Source of the DNA: Callorhinchus milii
Taxonomy: Eukaryota
Length of the DNA stretch: 64,000 bases
Direction: 5' to 3'
Assembly: GCF_018977255.1 (NCBI RefSeq)
Contig: NW_024704742.1
Span: forward strand, 73,038,001 to 73,102,000
The first letter of the stretch is position 1. Each line of letters opens with the position of its first letter. Made by a program: the position numbers and the translations under genes. Below the pieces are notes generated by a model, which ran no database searches, was not told the origin of the DNA, and worked only from the letters and a program-made list of their open reading frames with translations. This document shows, piece after piece, positions 25,691 to 39,654 of this stretch.

Positions 25691-26431
25691 AGGGAGGAAG
25701 CTGTATTTTGCAGCCAAGCAGATGTAAATATATCTTACTGAATCCTGGACTTTGTGTCCTGTTTGGTTAGTTAACATTGCTTCAAATGAAGCAACATTAT
25801 TACCCATTGTTATACGGTGTTATACTCTATTTTAGTAGTTTATGATGGAACTAATTTAATTTTGTAGCTCCCTGCTTGGAACTCAATATGTATTTACATT
25901 TTTCCGGCAATGAGTTGCCAGTAAACAGTAAAGTGTGGGTGGGGTGATTCTTCTCACAGTTCCAGCATTGACACTATACAAATAGAGATTAGCTATAATC
26001 CACTGATAGATATTATAATCAAAATAAATAAAGATATTTTTACTTTGTGGACTAAGCGCCTTGGGACGTCCTCCCGACGTGAAAGGCGCTCTATAGATGG
26101 AATCTTGTTGTTGTTGTTGTTGTAATAATAATAATCCTTGCGTTTGATAAAGCGCCTTATCGCATCGTCAAGATGTCTCAACGCGCTTGACAGAATATAC
26201 TGTATAGTGTAGTGAATATATTTTGTGGGTGAAAATGTTACTGAGATACAATTTATAGGCTAACAATGCATTAATTCCACAAGCTGTAGTGTTGTACAGT
26301 TAAACATGATGGTTACTTCCTGGTGTATGAAATGTGGTTAATGAGAGGCCAAAGTATCCTGGTTTTCCCCCACATATTTACTGTGCCTTCCCTATGCTAC
26401 AATACCTTTCTCTCTCTCTGATTCATTTTAG

Positions 26432-26583
26432 ATATGTAACTACGTTGGAAATGCGAAAATTGTTGTTCAGTTGGTGACGTGTGGCAAAACTGCCGTACAT
26501 CTTCACGCTCACAGTCTAGTCGGAAAACAATGCGAAAAAGGAATATGTCTAGTCCAATTGGGACCGAAGGAAATGACTTCAGT
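26432..26583 (+). CDS. NFKB1: p105 exon 3, [50 protein letters not shown]
   Basis: ttttag acceptor, gtaagt donor, 152 nt. Confidence 0.95.
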
Positions 26584-28411
26584 GTAAGTTAAGTTGTTCC
26601 CCCCCTCCCTCGTGTTTTTCTAACTAATCAGATAAGAACATCCTCTCAATGTAAGATGCACTGTCAGCAAATTTCAAGATTGTTTTCTCTGTGAACTGCA
26701 GGTGTAAATGTAATGGATTGTAATTTGCTTTGCACTGTTAACTCACTGAAATCATTTTATTTACTGTGTCAACAAATAGAATCTCTTTGAACACATCTTT
26801 TGTTATACATATTATATGAATAATTTAAAGCTAATCTGCTCAACTTTTCTACGCAGACCTTAAAATAAAATGACTACACAGCGTTATAGATGCAGGTAAA
26901 GTTTAGCTCATTCAGCAATAGTAAGGTTGTCAAGGTAGATGTCAGCTTGATTCAGATGGTAGCATTCAGACTTCTAAGCAAGATGATTGCCTCAAGGTCA
27001 GAAGGTTATGGGTTCAAGCCTCACATCTGGACTTTGAGCTCCATGTCTAAGTTGACATGGTCTGAGGAAGAGATGCAGGTCAGATGTGTTATCCTTCAAA
27101 TGAGACATTAAGCCAAGGTCCTGCCTGGCTGTTCAGGTATATGACACTATTTAAAAGAAGGGAGTTTCTTCTAGTATCTTGGACAATAATTCCTGGATTA
27201 AATAGTCAATCATCTGTTTGTTGAACCTTGCAGTGCAACATTGTGGTTGCAGTTGCCTACAAAGAAAAGGCCACTATACCTGACATCAACAGTATAATTA
27301 CCGTTAAGCACCTTGAAGCATTTCAATGTGATAAAGTGCCCCAAAAATCCAATGGAAATTGCATATCAGACCGACTGCCGTCATGTTAATATTTTGTGAA
27401 TTTGGGGGCTGGAGGAAGTCAGGAGCCTCTTGGAGGATTTTCTTTGCGACTGGCTGCTAGGAAGTAACTTGAGACTCAGATTTCCTCATGGAAATGTCAG
27501 TGTAAAATTTTAAGACAACATAGAATTTTGGATAATTCTTCAATCAGCCTTAAAACTAGCTTCCAAATAAAGACTGCATGATCTTAATTTAAAACAATGT
27601 GTTTTGATGTTATGTGTGTAATAAATTTTAGGCCACTAGAGCTTTTTATGCCAATAAATAGATGACAAAATCATTCATTAACATTAACACAAAACAGTGC
27701 ACCACAGAATTGTAAACCATACCTACTGCTTTTACTATTGAACCTTACAAGTTTAGTCATTCATAATTTCACCGCTTGAATAAACTTAATAATGTAACAC
27801 TAAATACAGGCCCTGAACTGATGGGGAAAAACACCCACAGATAAAATGCAGTGTGCATCGTCTCCAATAGAAGAACCATAGAAATTTAGAGCAGAGAAAA
27901 AGACAAAAAGACTGTGTCTGTGCTGACTCTGAAAGAGAAATCACCTCAGTCCTATTTACCCACCATTTCCTAATGCCTCTACAAATTACTCCCTTACAGA
28001 TATCTATCCAGTTCCCACTTGAAAGCTAACAAAATAACAATAATAATCCTTGCATTTGATATTGCACCTTATCACGTCTTTGAGACATCTCAAAGCACTT
28101 CACAGAATATACAGTAAAGTGAATTGACTGTTTTGTGAGTGAAACGCAGCAGCCAATTGCACACATCAGTGTCCCACACTGGACATTGCTATGCGCAATT
28201 GAGACACAGCTGTACAAGAGGGCATAGCCTTCAAATCAGAACTAAGGTAATATGGATCCCACCTTGGCCATTGCTCTCAGAAGGGCATTCCATATCCTAA
28301 CTCTCGTGTTAAAACAAAATCCTCCTACTCCTAAAGAATGAATGAAAAAAAAATGCTATCCCAAGCTAGCATAAGAGAAATGAAAATCTGACAATTGGTT
28401 ACTCTGAATAT

Positions 28412-29718
28412 TTTCAGCTCATTCTAGCAGAAGCACACAAAATATCATCTGACCTAATCCACTAAAGTAAACTTCAGGGTAGATAATTCTGTATCAGGTT
28501 GCCTTGTGTAAACATGTTGAGATGTAATGTGTTTGGAGTTGAGATAACACTGCAAAACCACAGAGTGGTTATGATTCATCCTAGTCGCTTTGTGTCACAC
28601 CCTCCAACCCATTTCTGATCCTTTATATATTATATAAGATTGGGCCGTAAAACAATTTTTTTTATTAAAAATTACTTTATTTTTTATTTTGGAAATGACC
28701 CGTTTTTGACAATGGCAGAATTAATTGAAATATTTAAATATTGAGAGGAACTGACAGGTTAGATGGTGAACCATGACTCGCTCTGTCTTTCCCCACCTCC
28801 GCAATATCGCTCGGCTCCGCCACTGTCTCTCACCGAGACCCTCACATCCAGGCTCGATTATGACAACTCCCTGCTTGTCGGCCTCCCCATCTCCTCCCTC
28901 CATAGGCTGCAGATCATCCAGAACTCTGCAGCCCGTGTCCTCTCCCACACCAGGCTTCGTGACCCTATCACCCCCATCCTCATCCGACTCCACTGGGTTA
29001 CCATCACACAGAGGATACAGTTCAAGATCCTGGCCCTCACCTTCAAAGCCCTCAACGGCCTTGCTCCCCCTACCTCTGTGCCCTCCTACCAACCTATCCA
29101 CTCCCTCCACTCGGTAGGCAGACTGCTCAACGCAGGGCCAGGCAGGGGACTGCTCCACTTCCCCTGCCTGGTCCACCCCACCACCGATAAGTGGAAACAA
29201 GCTAAGAAATATTTGACTGAAAAAAGGATGACTGAATTATTTGACTGAAATGTAGGATAGTGGTTGATTTAAGTGGGTTATTCTCTTATTTATATTCATT
29301 AATGGCATAAAAGCTGCTGATTTCACTTTGGCGTTTTGGCCTTGTTTTTGGACTTTGCTGGCTTGCAATAATCGCAATTAGCTATTTTGTGAATATCGTA
29401 AAAATAAAATTGCTTTAGATATTCATGAAATTCGATGAAATTTGCAAATAGTGCACTGAATTGTTTGAATATTAAAAAGTAGACTCCATCAGCTTTGTAA
29501 ATTTGGCTATTATTTAAAAGTCACACTATAAATCACCAGCAAAGCCCAGATGAAGAAGAACCACTCTGTGGTTTTGCAGTGTTATCTCAACTCCAAACAC
29601 ATTACATCACAACATGTATTACACAAGGCAACCTGATACAGAATTATCTACCCTGAAGCTTACTTTAGTGGATTAGGTCAAATGATAATTTGTGTGCTTC
29701 AGCCAGAATGGGCCGAAA
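28412..29718. repeat. ~160 bp inverted repeat pair (28412-28570 and 29559-29718) enclosing an L2 fragment (28763-29195)
   Basis: Arms are reverse complements with few mismatches. Confidence 0.9.
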
Positions 29719-29781
29719 TGGGCTTAAGACCATTTAGTTTTATCCTTCACTTCATTTATTAACTGTATGCTTCTCTTCCAG

Positions 29782-29945
29782 GTTTCCAAACCTTGGGATC
29801 CTCCATGTTACTAAGAAGAATGTTGCCAGCACACTTGAACAACGAATGGTTCATGCTTGTATTATGGGATATAATAATGGAATCGTAATACATCCTGAAA
29901 TAAATCACCGGCACATTGAAACTTGTAGTATGAGAGAACTTACAG
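29782..29945 (+). CDS. NFKB1: p105 exon 4, FPNLGILHVTKKNVASTLEQRMVHACIMGYNNG...RELT
   Basis: ttccag acceptor, gttggt donor, 164 nt. Confidence 0.95.
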
Positions 29946-30957
29946 GTTGGTTTGTAATGATAAGCATTTATAGTTAACACTTGTTTGGTCTCCAATTCCT
30001 TGTCCTTGGATAAAGATGGTAAAGAGAAATAGTCTCACGGAGGACATGGGTGCCTATTTGCCATTATTACTAAAGAAGTGTTTGAAATTTGATGGCATTA
30101 TGCCTAGGGTTTTCTGCTTTTTACAAAGTTGAAAAACTAAACTGATTTTATTGAAAGGAATCTACACTAAATCCTGTGAAGCACTTTAAGAAGTCTTAAT
30201 GATGTGATAAGGCGCTATTTGAAATCCAAGGATTATTACATAAAATACAGTATGATGATTAATCAAACTATAAGAAAATTTTGTGATTCTTATGAAATCT
30301 AGAATATTTAGAGAGAAGCAGCCAAAATGATTCCTGGAATTCAGAAGCCTGAAATTCCAACTAATCTTAGCTTGTAAAACCATTTTGATTGTGGAAAATT
30401 CTTAAATTGAAAGCCCTTTTTAAGAATTGCACAAAACAGTGTTCCAAACTAACATTAAATTTAATTTTCCAAAGATGATTCAGGTTTAAGTTCCAAAAGT
30501 CGATTTCAGGAAGTATATGTCTACCCAGAGTATAATTAACAACTGGAACAAATTGAGGCCAGGACACTGGACTCATTTAAAACAACACAGCTTGATGCTG
30601 TGATGGGAAGATGGTATAGGTTGGTATTCTGGATAATTGAGATCAAATGGGGTAAAGGACCTTCTTCTTCCAAATCTCTGTGTTGATCACTTGTGAACTT
30701 TCCGCAAACTTAAATGTCAAGAAAAAAATTAGTAGCTGACTATTTCCCCCATGGAACTTACCAGCCTGTGTGAAATTTATGGCCTGAAAGTATTAGATCG
30801 GAAAGGTAAGGAAGTTCTATGTGGGATATTGTTAGAGACACTGTTCCTTTAAGAGCACTGTCACCTGGGTCTCACGTGCTTGTATCACAGCCAGTTTGTG
30901 GCAATCATGAACAGGTGGTTTCCTGTTTCTCGATCTACAGAAAGTGGCACACAGATG

Positions 30958-31642
30958 ACTGTATATTTTATTATCTCAGTATATCTCTTCCTTTATTCTC
31001 ACATGTACAGAGAGAAGGTTTTTCAAATAGAGTTCGCTAAGTATCAGAAGTGTAAATTGACCCTGGCAAACTATTGGTCTTGATTGTCACAAACCTCGCC
31101 CTATACTCAGGAAGGGGAATACAACATATTACACCTTCATCAGTTACAAATCAAACCAGTAAACAATACTGAAAAATAATACTGAAATTATAAAATACTG
31201 AAATAATACGGTAAATAATACTGAAATTAAAAGAAAAGGAAATAATGTGCAAAATAGCATCCTCCTTTCCCAGGTTCCTAATAAATAGCTTCTACATGGT
31301 GCAAACAAGCATACTCAGATATTCAAGAAACAAATCAAGAAAATCAAACCAATTGTATTTTTATAACATGAGTGGCGCTGATGTGAGACAAATAGGTGCT
31401 TTGCTGGGCCTCTAACTTTTGACCTAATGAAATAAATCACGTTCAGCTGATGCAGTGAGAGACACCTCATTACCTTAAAGGTTAAATTCTGTCCATAGGA
31501 TATGCTTGATTGTTCTGTGTATAAACTATTTATGAGGAATCTGGGAAGAGGAGGAAGCTATCAAGTACTGTATATTTTACTATCTCAGTATAGCTCTTCC
31601 TTTATTCTCACATGTACAGAGAGAAGGTTTTCCAAATAGAGT
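30958..31642 (+). repeat. 76 bp direct repeat (30958-31033, 31567-31642) bracketing a ~60 bp inverted pair (31255-31313 / 31501-31560)
   Basis: actgtatatttta...caaatagagt present twice with about 3 differences. Confidence 0.85.
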
Positions 31643-32270
31643 ACACTGATACCGTTCTGACATTCTTTAGTTCATAGCAGATCTTTTAAATCCAATTCCC
31701 CTTCTTCATATCCCTTAATAACCTTACTTCCCAAGGATATATTTCCTTTTTGAACATCACAAGTAATGGGATCTATAGCTTTCTGTAGCCCGTGCACCTC
31801 ACATTCTCACAACACTTTGTGTTAAGACATAGTCTATCCACTTGTTCAGCTCAAATCAGTTCTGCGTCTACAGCCTTCTGAGGCAGTGCACTGCTGTGTT
31901 CGCCTACAAAGTCACTATACGTAACAGCGAATCGTTTAAAGCACTTTTAGACGTTCCTCTCGATGTGAAATCAAATATAAGCATTATTAAGAATTATCAG
32001 TATTATTTACTAATTTAATTTGTAACTGATGTAAGTGTAATTTTAAGATTGTTTGCTTGCCTTGAATCCCTCTGCCAGAGAGAGAGTCTGCCCCGATCTA
32101 GCTTGGCAGTTCCCTCCTTTTAAAATGTTGAATACCTCAGATCTTGGCTGAATAAAACCAAAGTTTACCCAACCTGTCCTTGTCACCAATGAAATATTGT
32201 GACGTCGCCTGCGCTCTGGCTTGTGTTTTGTAGAGTACATGTAATGCAGATGTGTAACATTTACTTGCAG

Positions 32271-32429
32271 AACGTGAAAGGGAACTGATCCACCAAGCGT
32301 CCATACAGCAGGCGAAAGAGATGGACCTCAGTGTGGTGCGACTCATGTTTACAGCCCTACTTCCAGACAGCAGTTGTCGTTTTACACGAAGATTGGAACC
32401 TGTAATATCCGACCCGATCTACGACAGCA
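32271..32429 (+). CDS. NFKB1: p105 exon 5, [53 protein letters not shown]
   Basis: ttgcag acceptor, gtaagt donor, 159 nt. Confidence 0.95.
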
Positions 32430-33888
32430 GTAAGTGGCCCTGTACCCTTTAACACCAATATGTTATGTTATGCCTGTTGCCCCTTTCTTGTTCACCTTGT
32501 GTGCTCTCTTCCATGCAAATTTCAGAAGTCTTTTTGGGGGGAGATTGCCACCAAGTGCTTGCATGTTACAGGCTGTGAGTTGGCCTCCTCTGTTGACCTT
32601 TTACCTGGGTCTGTGAAAGGGGAGAAATGTGTGTTTCTGTCATGCTGCAGGGCTGCTCTTCAGTTACAATTGGACCCCTTTGCGGCAAAAAGTGGTTCTG
32701 TGGCACTTTGATTTATTCCATGGGTACAATATGAGAGAAAGACAAAGGGACGGTCATTCTGTCCCTTCTCCCTTCCTCTCTATCCACTGGGGGAAAGATG
32801 TGCAGATATAATACGAGAACCTCAAAGCACGTTTATCCCCTTCACAGACTACGTTCTCAAAGGCCCCAACCCATAGACATGGTTACATCCCATGGAGTAT
32901 TTGTTCCTCTCAGTCTGACTAAAATGTGCTCGGCAGCCATTTGCAAAGCATGCTTGCTGGCCTTTGACTAGTCCATGAGCCACTCATAGAAAGACAGCCT
33001 TTAACCAGATACAATGCCTTTTGGAATTGATCATCTTATAAATATCACAAATCAGAGAGCTTCTGATTGTCACAAAACAGACATCACATTAACACAAGGA
33101 ATGCACATTATAAAGATTGGATATTGAACCCATTTTTTAAGAGACGTTCATTCAGCTCCAGCTCACGATTTCCCCAGGGTACCATGTTTAACTTTCTAAC
33201 TCACTGTTTGTAACACAGTCATGACCTTGGCACTTAGTGTTATCCTTCAGCAATGGGAAGAGCTGTGGGTAAAATGACTAAAATCGATCTCAGAAGTAAT
33301 GAGAACAGCAATGAAGTCATAACAAGTGTTAAAGTAATCCATGACTCGTTCTCTTCCTGGTGTTGTTTTGGCTCAGTTGGTAGCATCTAGCCTCTGAATC
33401 AAAGTTTGGGAATAATTCCCACATCGGGACATGATAGTCTAAAATGAAACTCCAGTACAATGCTGGCGAGTGCTGCTTTGTCAGAGATGCTGTTGTTTGG
33501 ATGACAAATATAAACTAAGATCCTGTAATATAAACAAGCGTTCTGGGACACTACCCTGAGTGATGGGCACTATATAGATGCAAATTATTGTTGTTGTTGT
33601 CCTGTCTGCTTGTTTTCCAAGTGAGCACTAGAGATGCCTTGATGCTATTCAAAAAGAGAAAAACAAGGTGAATCCAATTAATCCTCCAGATTAGTTAGTC
33701 ATACACGTCATGGTTGTTTGTGAGAGAAACCCTGTATATAAAACAGCTGTGATATCTAATAAAAATAGTCACTACACTTGTCAGTAATTACTGTGAATCA
33801 CTTTGAGCCATTTTAAAGTGATAACGAACTATAAAACTTTCTTTCTCCTCCCCAAAGGAATTACTATGATTTTTTTAAAATATTACAG

Positions 33889-33993
33889 AGGCCCCAAATG
33901 CATCAAATCTACGGATTGTAAGAATGGACAAGACTGCAGGCTGTGTGACAGGAGGAGATGAAGTTTATCTACTTTGTGATAAAGTCCAGAAAG
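33889..33993 (+). CDS. NFKB1: p105 exon 6, [35 protein letters not shown] (IPT/dimerisation domain)
   Basis: ttacag acceptor, gtatgt donor, 105 nt. Confidence 0.96.
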
Positions 33994-34179
33994 GTATGTT
34001 TCCTCCATACAGGGGAGTACTGGGATTTTACATACTGGTATCCAGTTTGTTGATAAGAAGTCACACAAACATAGGCACTCTGGGATCTGATGTACTCCTG
34101 CAGTGGACCTCATGTGGGTCTGCAGGAATTCTAACAATTATTATTATTGCTGTGATTTTATTTTTCTTGGCACATATAT

Positions 34180-34505
34180 AATAACAATAATAATATAGCG
34201 CCTCAAAACGCTTCATAGAATACACTGTAAAGTGGATTGACTGTATACCTTGTAGGCAAAGCGCAGCATACACAGCAGTGACCCACAAACAGTTGTAGAC
34301 TGAGTGACTAAATTATTATTTCTTTTAAGGGGTGACCCCTGGAAAGTGATCAGCCAATTGACTAACAACCAGGTTCCTATTTACTGCTAGATAAACAGAG
34401 GCATGTGGAGTAAGCAAACTTGCCTAAGGTTTCGCCCGACCGGGAATCAAACCCGGATCCTCTTGCTTACGAGGCGAGTGCTCTAACCAATAGGCTACAG
34501 GACCA
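34180..34505 (-). mobile_element. tRNA-Ala-headed SINE, long subtype
   Basis: Reverse complement head gcgagtgctctaacc...gctacaggac and central block. Confidence 0.85.
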
Positions 34506-36155
34506 TGATATTCATCCATATTCATTCAAAACATAAGTGGTGGGAATGTTTCTGTTTCTTCTGAGACAGGCTTTTAATAAAGTGAGAGAGAGAGGAGGGT
34601 GACACTGTGTATGTGGGGAGAGGAGGCTGGCACGGTGTATGGGGAGAGGAGGCTGGCACTGTGTAAGTGGGGTTAGAAAGGATGTATTATGGGGTAATGT
34701 AACTCTTGAGAGAAGGAGGTTTTAGCTGATGTTGTACATAGTATTGGTTGCAATTACCTGATTCGATTCTGTTTTGAATCTGCAGTGAGGCTGGTTAGTA
34801 CGGATGTTCGGCTCTCGACTGTTTCTAGTCTATGCCGCAGTATTTCTGGTGGGAAAGGAAAAGGATAGATTTATTTTTACAATACATTATTTTAGGTTGA
34901 TTCCACTTACTTGGGTAATTTCATTCTGCAACTGATGGTTAAGGATTTGCCTAAAAGAATTTGTTGAATTTGAAGCCTCTCTCTCTCTCCTTCAAAATCC
35001 TCAAATCTCCTGGCTCCTTCCTCACAGACATCTCCTCTCATCCCTGTCCCTGTAGCCTCAATTCACAAAGACATATGAACTGACCTTGTGAAGATTTGAT
35101 TCAAGATTCTATGTATTTTCCCTTCACCAAAATGGTTTATATAGATTAAGAGGAATTAAATTGAGATATTGAGATGTGTTTGACAAGTGCAGTCCACATA
35201 AAAGGCAGATTTCTGTGAACACACCCTTGTATCTTACACCTGAATGGCAGTGAAGTATGAAGCTTTGAGGAGCAGTAAACACGTGGCTGACAGTAACTGG
35301 TTGGGATTCCCCGGTGACGGTATTGGGGGAATTTGGTTGCGTTAAAGAACCACGTTTGTTTGTTGGTGGCAATTTCCGCCTCTTTGTATTTTTCTTGGTT
35401 TACCGACTTAGCAGTACTGGGGCAGCAGAATCAATAAAATAAGTATTTATATTTATGGGGACTTTTTGGTGAAACTTTGAAAAAATTTAAGAATTAAATA
35501 TGAACTATAGTCAGCCATTTTTTAAAAACAAAAAAACACAAGTAAGACATTAACCTTTGCAATGTTTTGCTCTCCACACTTTTTCGTATTTTGTCAGTTT
35601 TCGGAAATCCAAATAGTTGTTTTGTGACGATTGTCGATTTGAAAAGATATTGAAGTGTTTGAAAGGGAGCAGAGAAGAGCGACAACAATGATCCTGAGAC
35701 TTGTGGTGAAAGGCAGAAAGAGCTGAACCCGTTCTCATCGAAAGAAGAGAATTGAGTGGGATGTGACCCACGTGTATTAGACTTTGACTTAGACCTGGAT
35801 GGGTAAAATTCCGTTCAACTTTACACGTAGAATAGACTATCAATGAAAGCATTTGTTGCTGCACAAGATTAATTCCTGTAGGAACTAATAAGGCTAACTA
35901 AGTAACTACCTGAGAGGGAACAAGGATGGTTGCAAACTGAGATAACCAAACATTCCACCGCACAACATGGACATTTCATCCTGACGTGAAAGGCAGTTAA
36001 TTATTCTTTGCAGTTGTTTCTGTGCTCCCGGCATCAGAGTGGAGTGAACACAATGTTATCAGTAAATAGAGAGGAACACTATTATAATTGCCCTTCATTA
36101 CAGTGCTGTTTCACTTTTAATGTGGGTAGGGAATTCAACCTGCCATTTTGTGACA

Positions 36156-36473
36156 ATAATAATAATAATAATAATAATCCTTGCATTTGATATAGCGCTT
36201 TTCACGTCGGGAGGACATCCCAAAGCGCTTCACAGAACACACTGTAAAGTGAATTGACTTTTTGTGGGCGAACGCGGCAGCCAATTGCGCACAGCAATGT
36301 CCCACAAACAGTCGTAGATTGAAAATGACCAATTTATTATTGTTTTTGGAGGGATTATTATTAGGCTCTGTGTGGAGTAAGGAAACTTGCCCAAGGTTTC
36401 GCCCTGCCTGGAATTAAACTCGGGTCTCTCGCTTGCAAAAGCGAGTGCTCTAACCACTGAGCTACAGGACTCC
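36156..36473 (-). mobile_element. tRNA-Ala-headed SINE, short subtype
   Basis: Near-identical reverse complement of 12484-12813. Confidence 0.92.
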
Positions 36474-37354
36474 ACAAAGGTAGTGCTTTAAAACCACTCT
36501 GGTTGCACCACGCACCAAAGCATGAAAAACCTGTGCTTACAAGAATAGATTGGTTCGGTTGTGCATTGTGACAGTGAGCAACCTGACCTGCGCACGCTAG
36601 TTATGTTGGTAGATAAGCTCTGATTTCCTGCACACCTTCCCGTGATGTTATGAACCCTGAAGCACTGACCAGCAGCAGCTGTTTAGTGGTCCTGTTTGTA
36701 ATGTGGTTGGAACTTTCTGGATCCCAACAATTGTCTTATACCAGAGTTCCCCTGTATTATAAAGTTCACAAGGTCACAGAGTGTGGTCCAGATAAAGAAG
36801 GCCCATTTTACCTCATCCCTTTTTACCATCCACCATCACAGCATCAAACTTTTTTAATTGTGTCCCATGTCTTGGCCTCAACCATCCTTCCTGGTAACCT
36901 GTTCCAGTTATTAATTACACTCTGGGTAAAGAAAACTTTCCTCTTGACTGTCCCTAAGTTGCTCCTTGTAACTCTAAACCTAAGGTCTCTTCTGCTATCG
37001 TCTTCTGGCATCTAAAATTATTGTTCAGGGTTTACTTTTGCAATCCCATTTAAAGTCTTATATACATTATAAGGTCCCGCTAAGATGTCTTCTTTCATGA
37101 CTGAAGAGCCCTAGCTTGTTTAATCATTGTTCACGGCAGTTTGTGGGATATTACTGTGCACCAGTAAGCTGTAGTGTTCACCCACAAAAATACAGGCATT
37201 CCACTTTGCAGTAAATTCTATGAAGAACTTTGAGACTCCTCCTGACGTGAAAATCAAATGTAAGGATACTATATCAAACATAAGAATTATTTTTACTAGA
37301 TGCTTCTAACATTGATGATCATCCTCTCTGCTCTCCTCTGCACTGCCACTAGGT

Positions 37355-39654
37355 CAGAGGTGGGCAATTATTTGGGCTGGCGGACCACTTCACGAGTTTT
37401 GGTAAGCTTCGCAGGCCACAAACTTAATATAGATGCAAATGCTTAATAATAGCTCAAAATCAAGTCTTACACTTGTACATGCATAAAATAAAGTCTATAC
37501 AATTGACATTCATTAAAATTAGGTTGAATAGAAACAACTCATTGAGCAGACATTTATTCAATATTTATTCATTTATTCACATTTTGATGAGAATGTGAGA
37601 AGCTCACTCAATGGGAAGAATGACAGTGCTGATGTGCGTTAACCAGACAACTGAAGTCAGGCATCGTCTCCGTTGTTGCAATGCGGAGTACTGCTGCAAG
37701 GTGGTCATAAGTCATCACAGATCTATGTTTTAATTTATTGAATTTCAGCACAGAAAATGTCTCCTCGCCTATGTATGTTGATCCAAACAGCACAAGAATC
37801 CTCCGGGCATGAGCCTTTATTTTTGGAAAGGTATATTCATTAAGAGAGGTGTAAAAACTGGGAAGCGGCACTGATTTGAATTGCTCCACAAGCAATGGAT
37901 CACATTGCTCGAGTTGGAGGTCAAATGGAGCTTTATCAACATCAAATGAGAAAGATGAAGAGATCAAAGACAGGTCATTTTCGATCAAATTGAAATCCTG
38001 GAATCGGTGAGAAAATTTGTTATGTAAGTCAAGTAGTGATCGCAAACAGTAATCTGCAGCAAAGTTGGAAAGTGGGCGAACTGCCTGTTTCCTATCTGAT
38101 ACGATAAAATAAATAATTTTGTCATAAATGACTTGACACTGCAATACAAATCGTGCACAAAGGCCCCCTTCCATTGCAGTTTTGAATTCAGTTCATTCAT
38201 GTGGTCCATGATATCATGGCAAATGCTAAATCAGCGAGCCAATTCACATCATTCAAATATGGGAAATCCGAATCTTTTTGTTTCATGCCCAAAAATAAAT
38301 CAATCTCTGTTCTCAGTTCCCACACTCTTTTCAAGACCTTTCCAAAACTAAGCCATTTTACATTTGTGCGATACAGAACATCCGTGTGCTCGGATTCCAA
38401 TTCCTCAAGCAGAGTTACAAATTGCTGTAGTTTAATCCTCTTGCTCGAATGTAGTTAACCACTTTCGTAACTGTGTCCACAACATTGCTTAGTTTTAGAA
38501 CACTCTCACAGAGGACCTCTTGGTGGATAATGCAGTGTAGAAAAACAATATTCTGTTCTGGATTTGTTTCTTTGACTTGATCTTGAATTCTTTTCAGTAA
38601 CCCAACATTTTTGCCTGTCAGATTTGAGCTGCCATCGATGGTCACATTCACCAATTTTTTCCACTCCTAATTTTAAGATACACTTATTTACTGCCTCCAA
38701 AAAGTCTTCTCCAGTTGTCGTATCTTTCAATGACTGCATTGATGCCAATTCTTCTGTGAGCTCAAATGTTTGGTGATACCTTAAATAAAAATGATCAACT
38801 GGGCTGTGTCTTTGACATCACAACTCTCATCAAGTGCTAGTGAAAAACATGCAAAATTCCTTACTTTATTTTTGTAACTGCAGATACAGCTTCTCAGAGA
38901 TATCCTCAATACATCTCACAATAGTTCGCCTTGACATGCTAATGTTCTCGAACTGGTTTTTCTTGTCTGGGCATAAAATCGAGGCAGAGTCAACCATACA
39001 TTCCTTTATAAATTCTCCTTCAGAAAATGATTTGCTGTTTTTGGTGATTTTGTGCACAATCACGTAACTCACTCTTGTAATCTCATCCTGGGACACAAAT
39101 TGTTTTGTGAAAATGCTTTGCTTTTTTTGCATTTGAACAACCATCTCATCAGCTTTCCTCCTTTTTTCTTCGGCAGAAACATTCTTATATTGGCAAGCAT
39201 GTTTGCTCTCAAAATAGCGATTCAAGTTGTAGTCTTTGAGCACTGCTACACTTTCTTTGCAAATTAAGCAGACAGTTTTTCCACCCACACTGGTAAAAAA
39301 ATATTTAGAAGTCCATTTTTTGTTGAATATTCGGCCTTCAGCTCCACTTTCTGCTTCTTTGATAATCTCATTTCGAATTAACGTCCCCTTCAGTGAAAAG
39401 TATTGCCGCGAGTGTTTGAAAATTTGCTGATCCGTACATTTTTGACGTCAGCCTGACTCAACACTTAAGGGAGTGTGCGCACAACTAAGCAATGTGATTG
39501 GCTGATGTTCCCGGTCAGATTCAAATGCGAAATTTGTGTGACTTTCTGGGACTGAATGAACTGTAATTTTTTCTATCGCTAGACACAATGAGGGCCGTAT
39601 AGAATCATTTGGAGAGCCGGATATGGCCCGCTGAACGTTTTTTGCCCACCCCTG
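37355..39654 (-). mobile_element. hAT (Charlie / GTF2IRD2-like) DNA transposon, full length, transposase frameshifted
   Basis: TIRs CAGAGGTGGGCAA / TTGCCCACCCCTG; 8 bp TSD cactaggt (37347-37354) / ctctaggt (39655-39662); transposase motifs VCLICKESVAVLKDYNL, HCIIHQEVLC, KWLSFGKVLKRVWEL, LFGSTY..E.TFS. Confidence 0.95.

Noticed and set aside
34600..34670. ~27 bp G-rich tandem repeat, about 2.5 units
   Set aside because: Short ordinary minisatellite far from exons, with no further structure
37608..39288. Domesticated GTF2IRD2/EPM2AIP1-like host gene
   Set aside because: Multiple frameshifts and stops, plus retained TIRs and TSD, indicate a dead transposon
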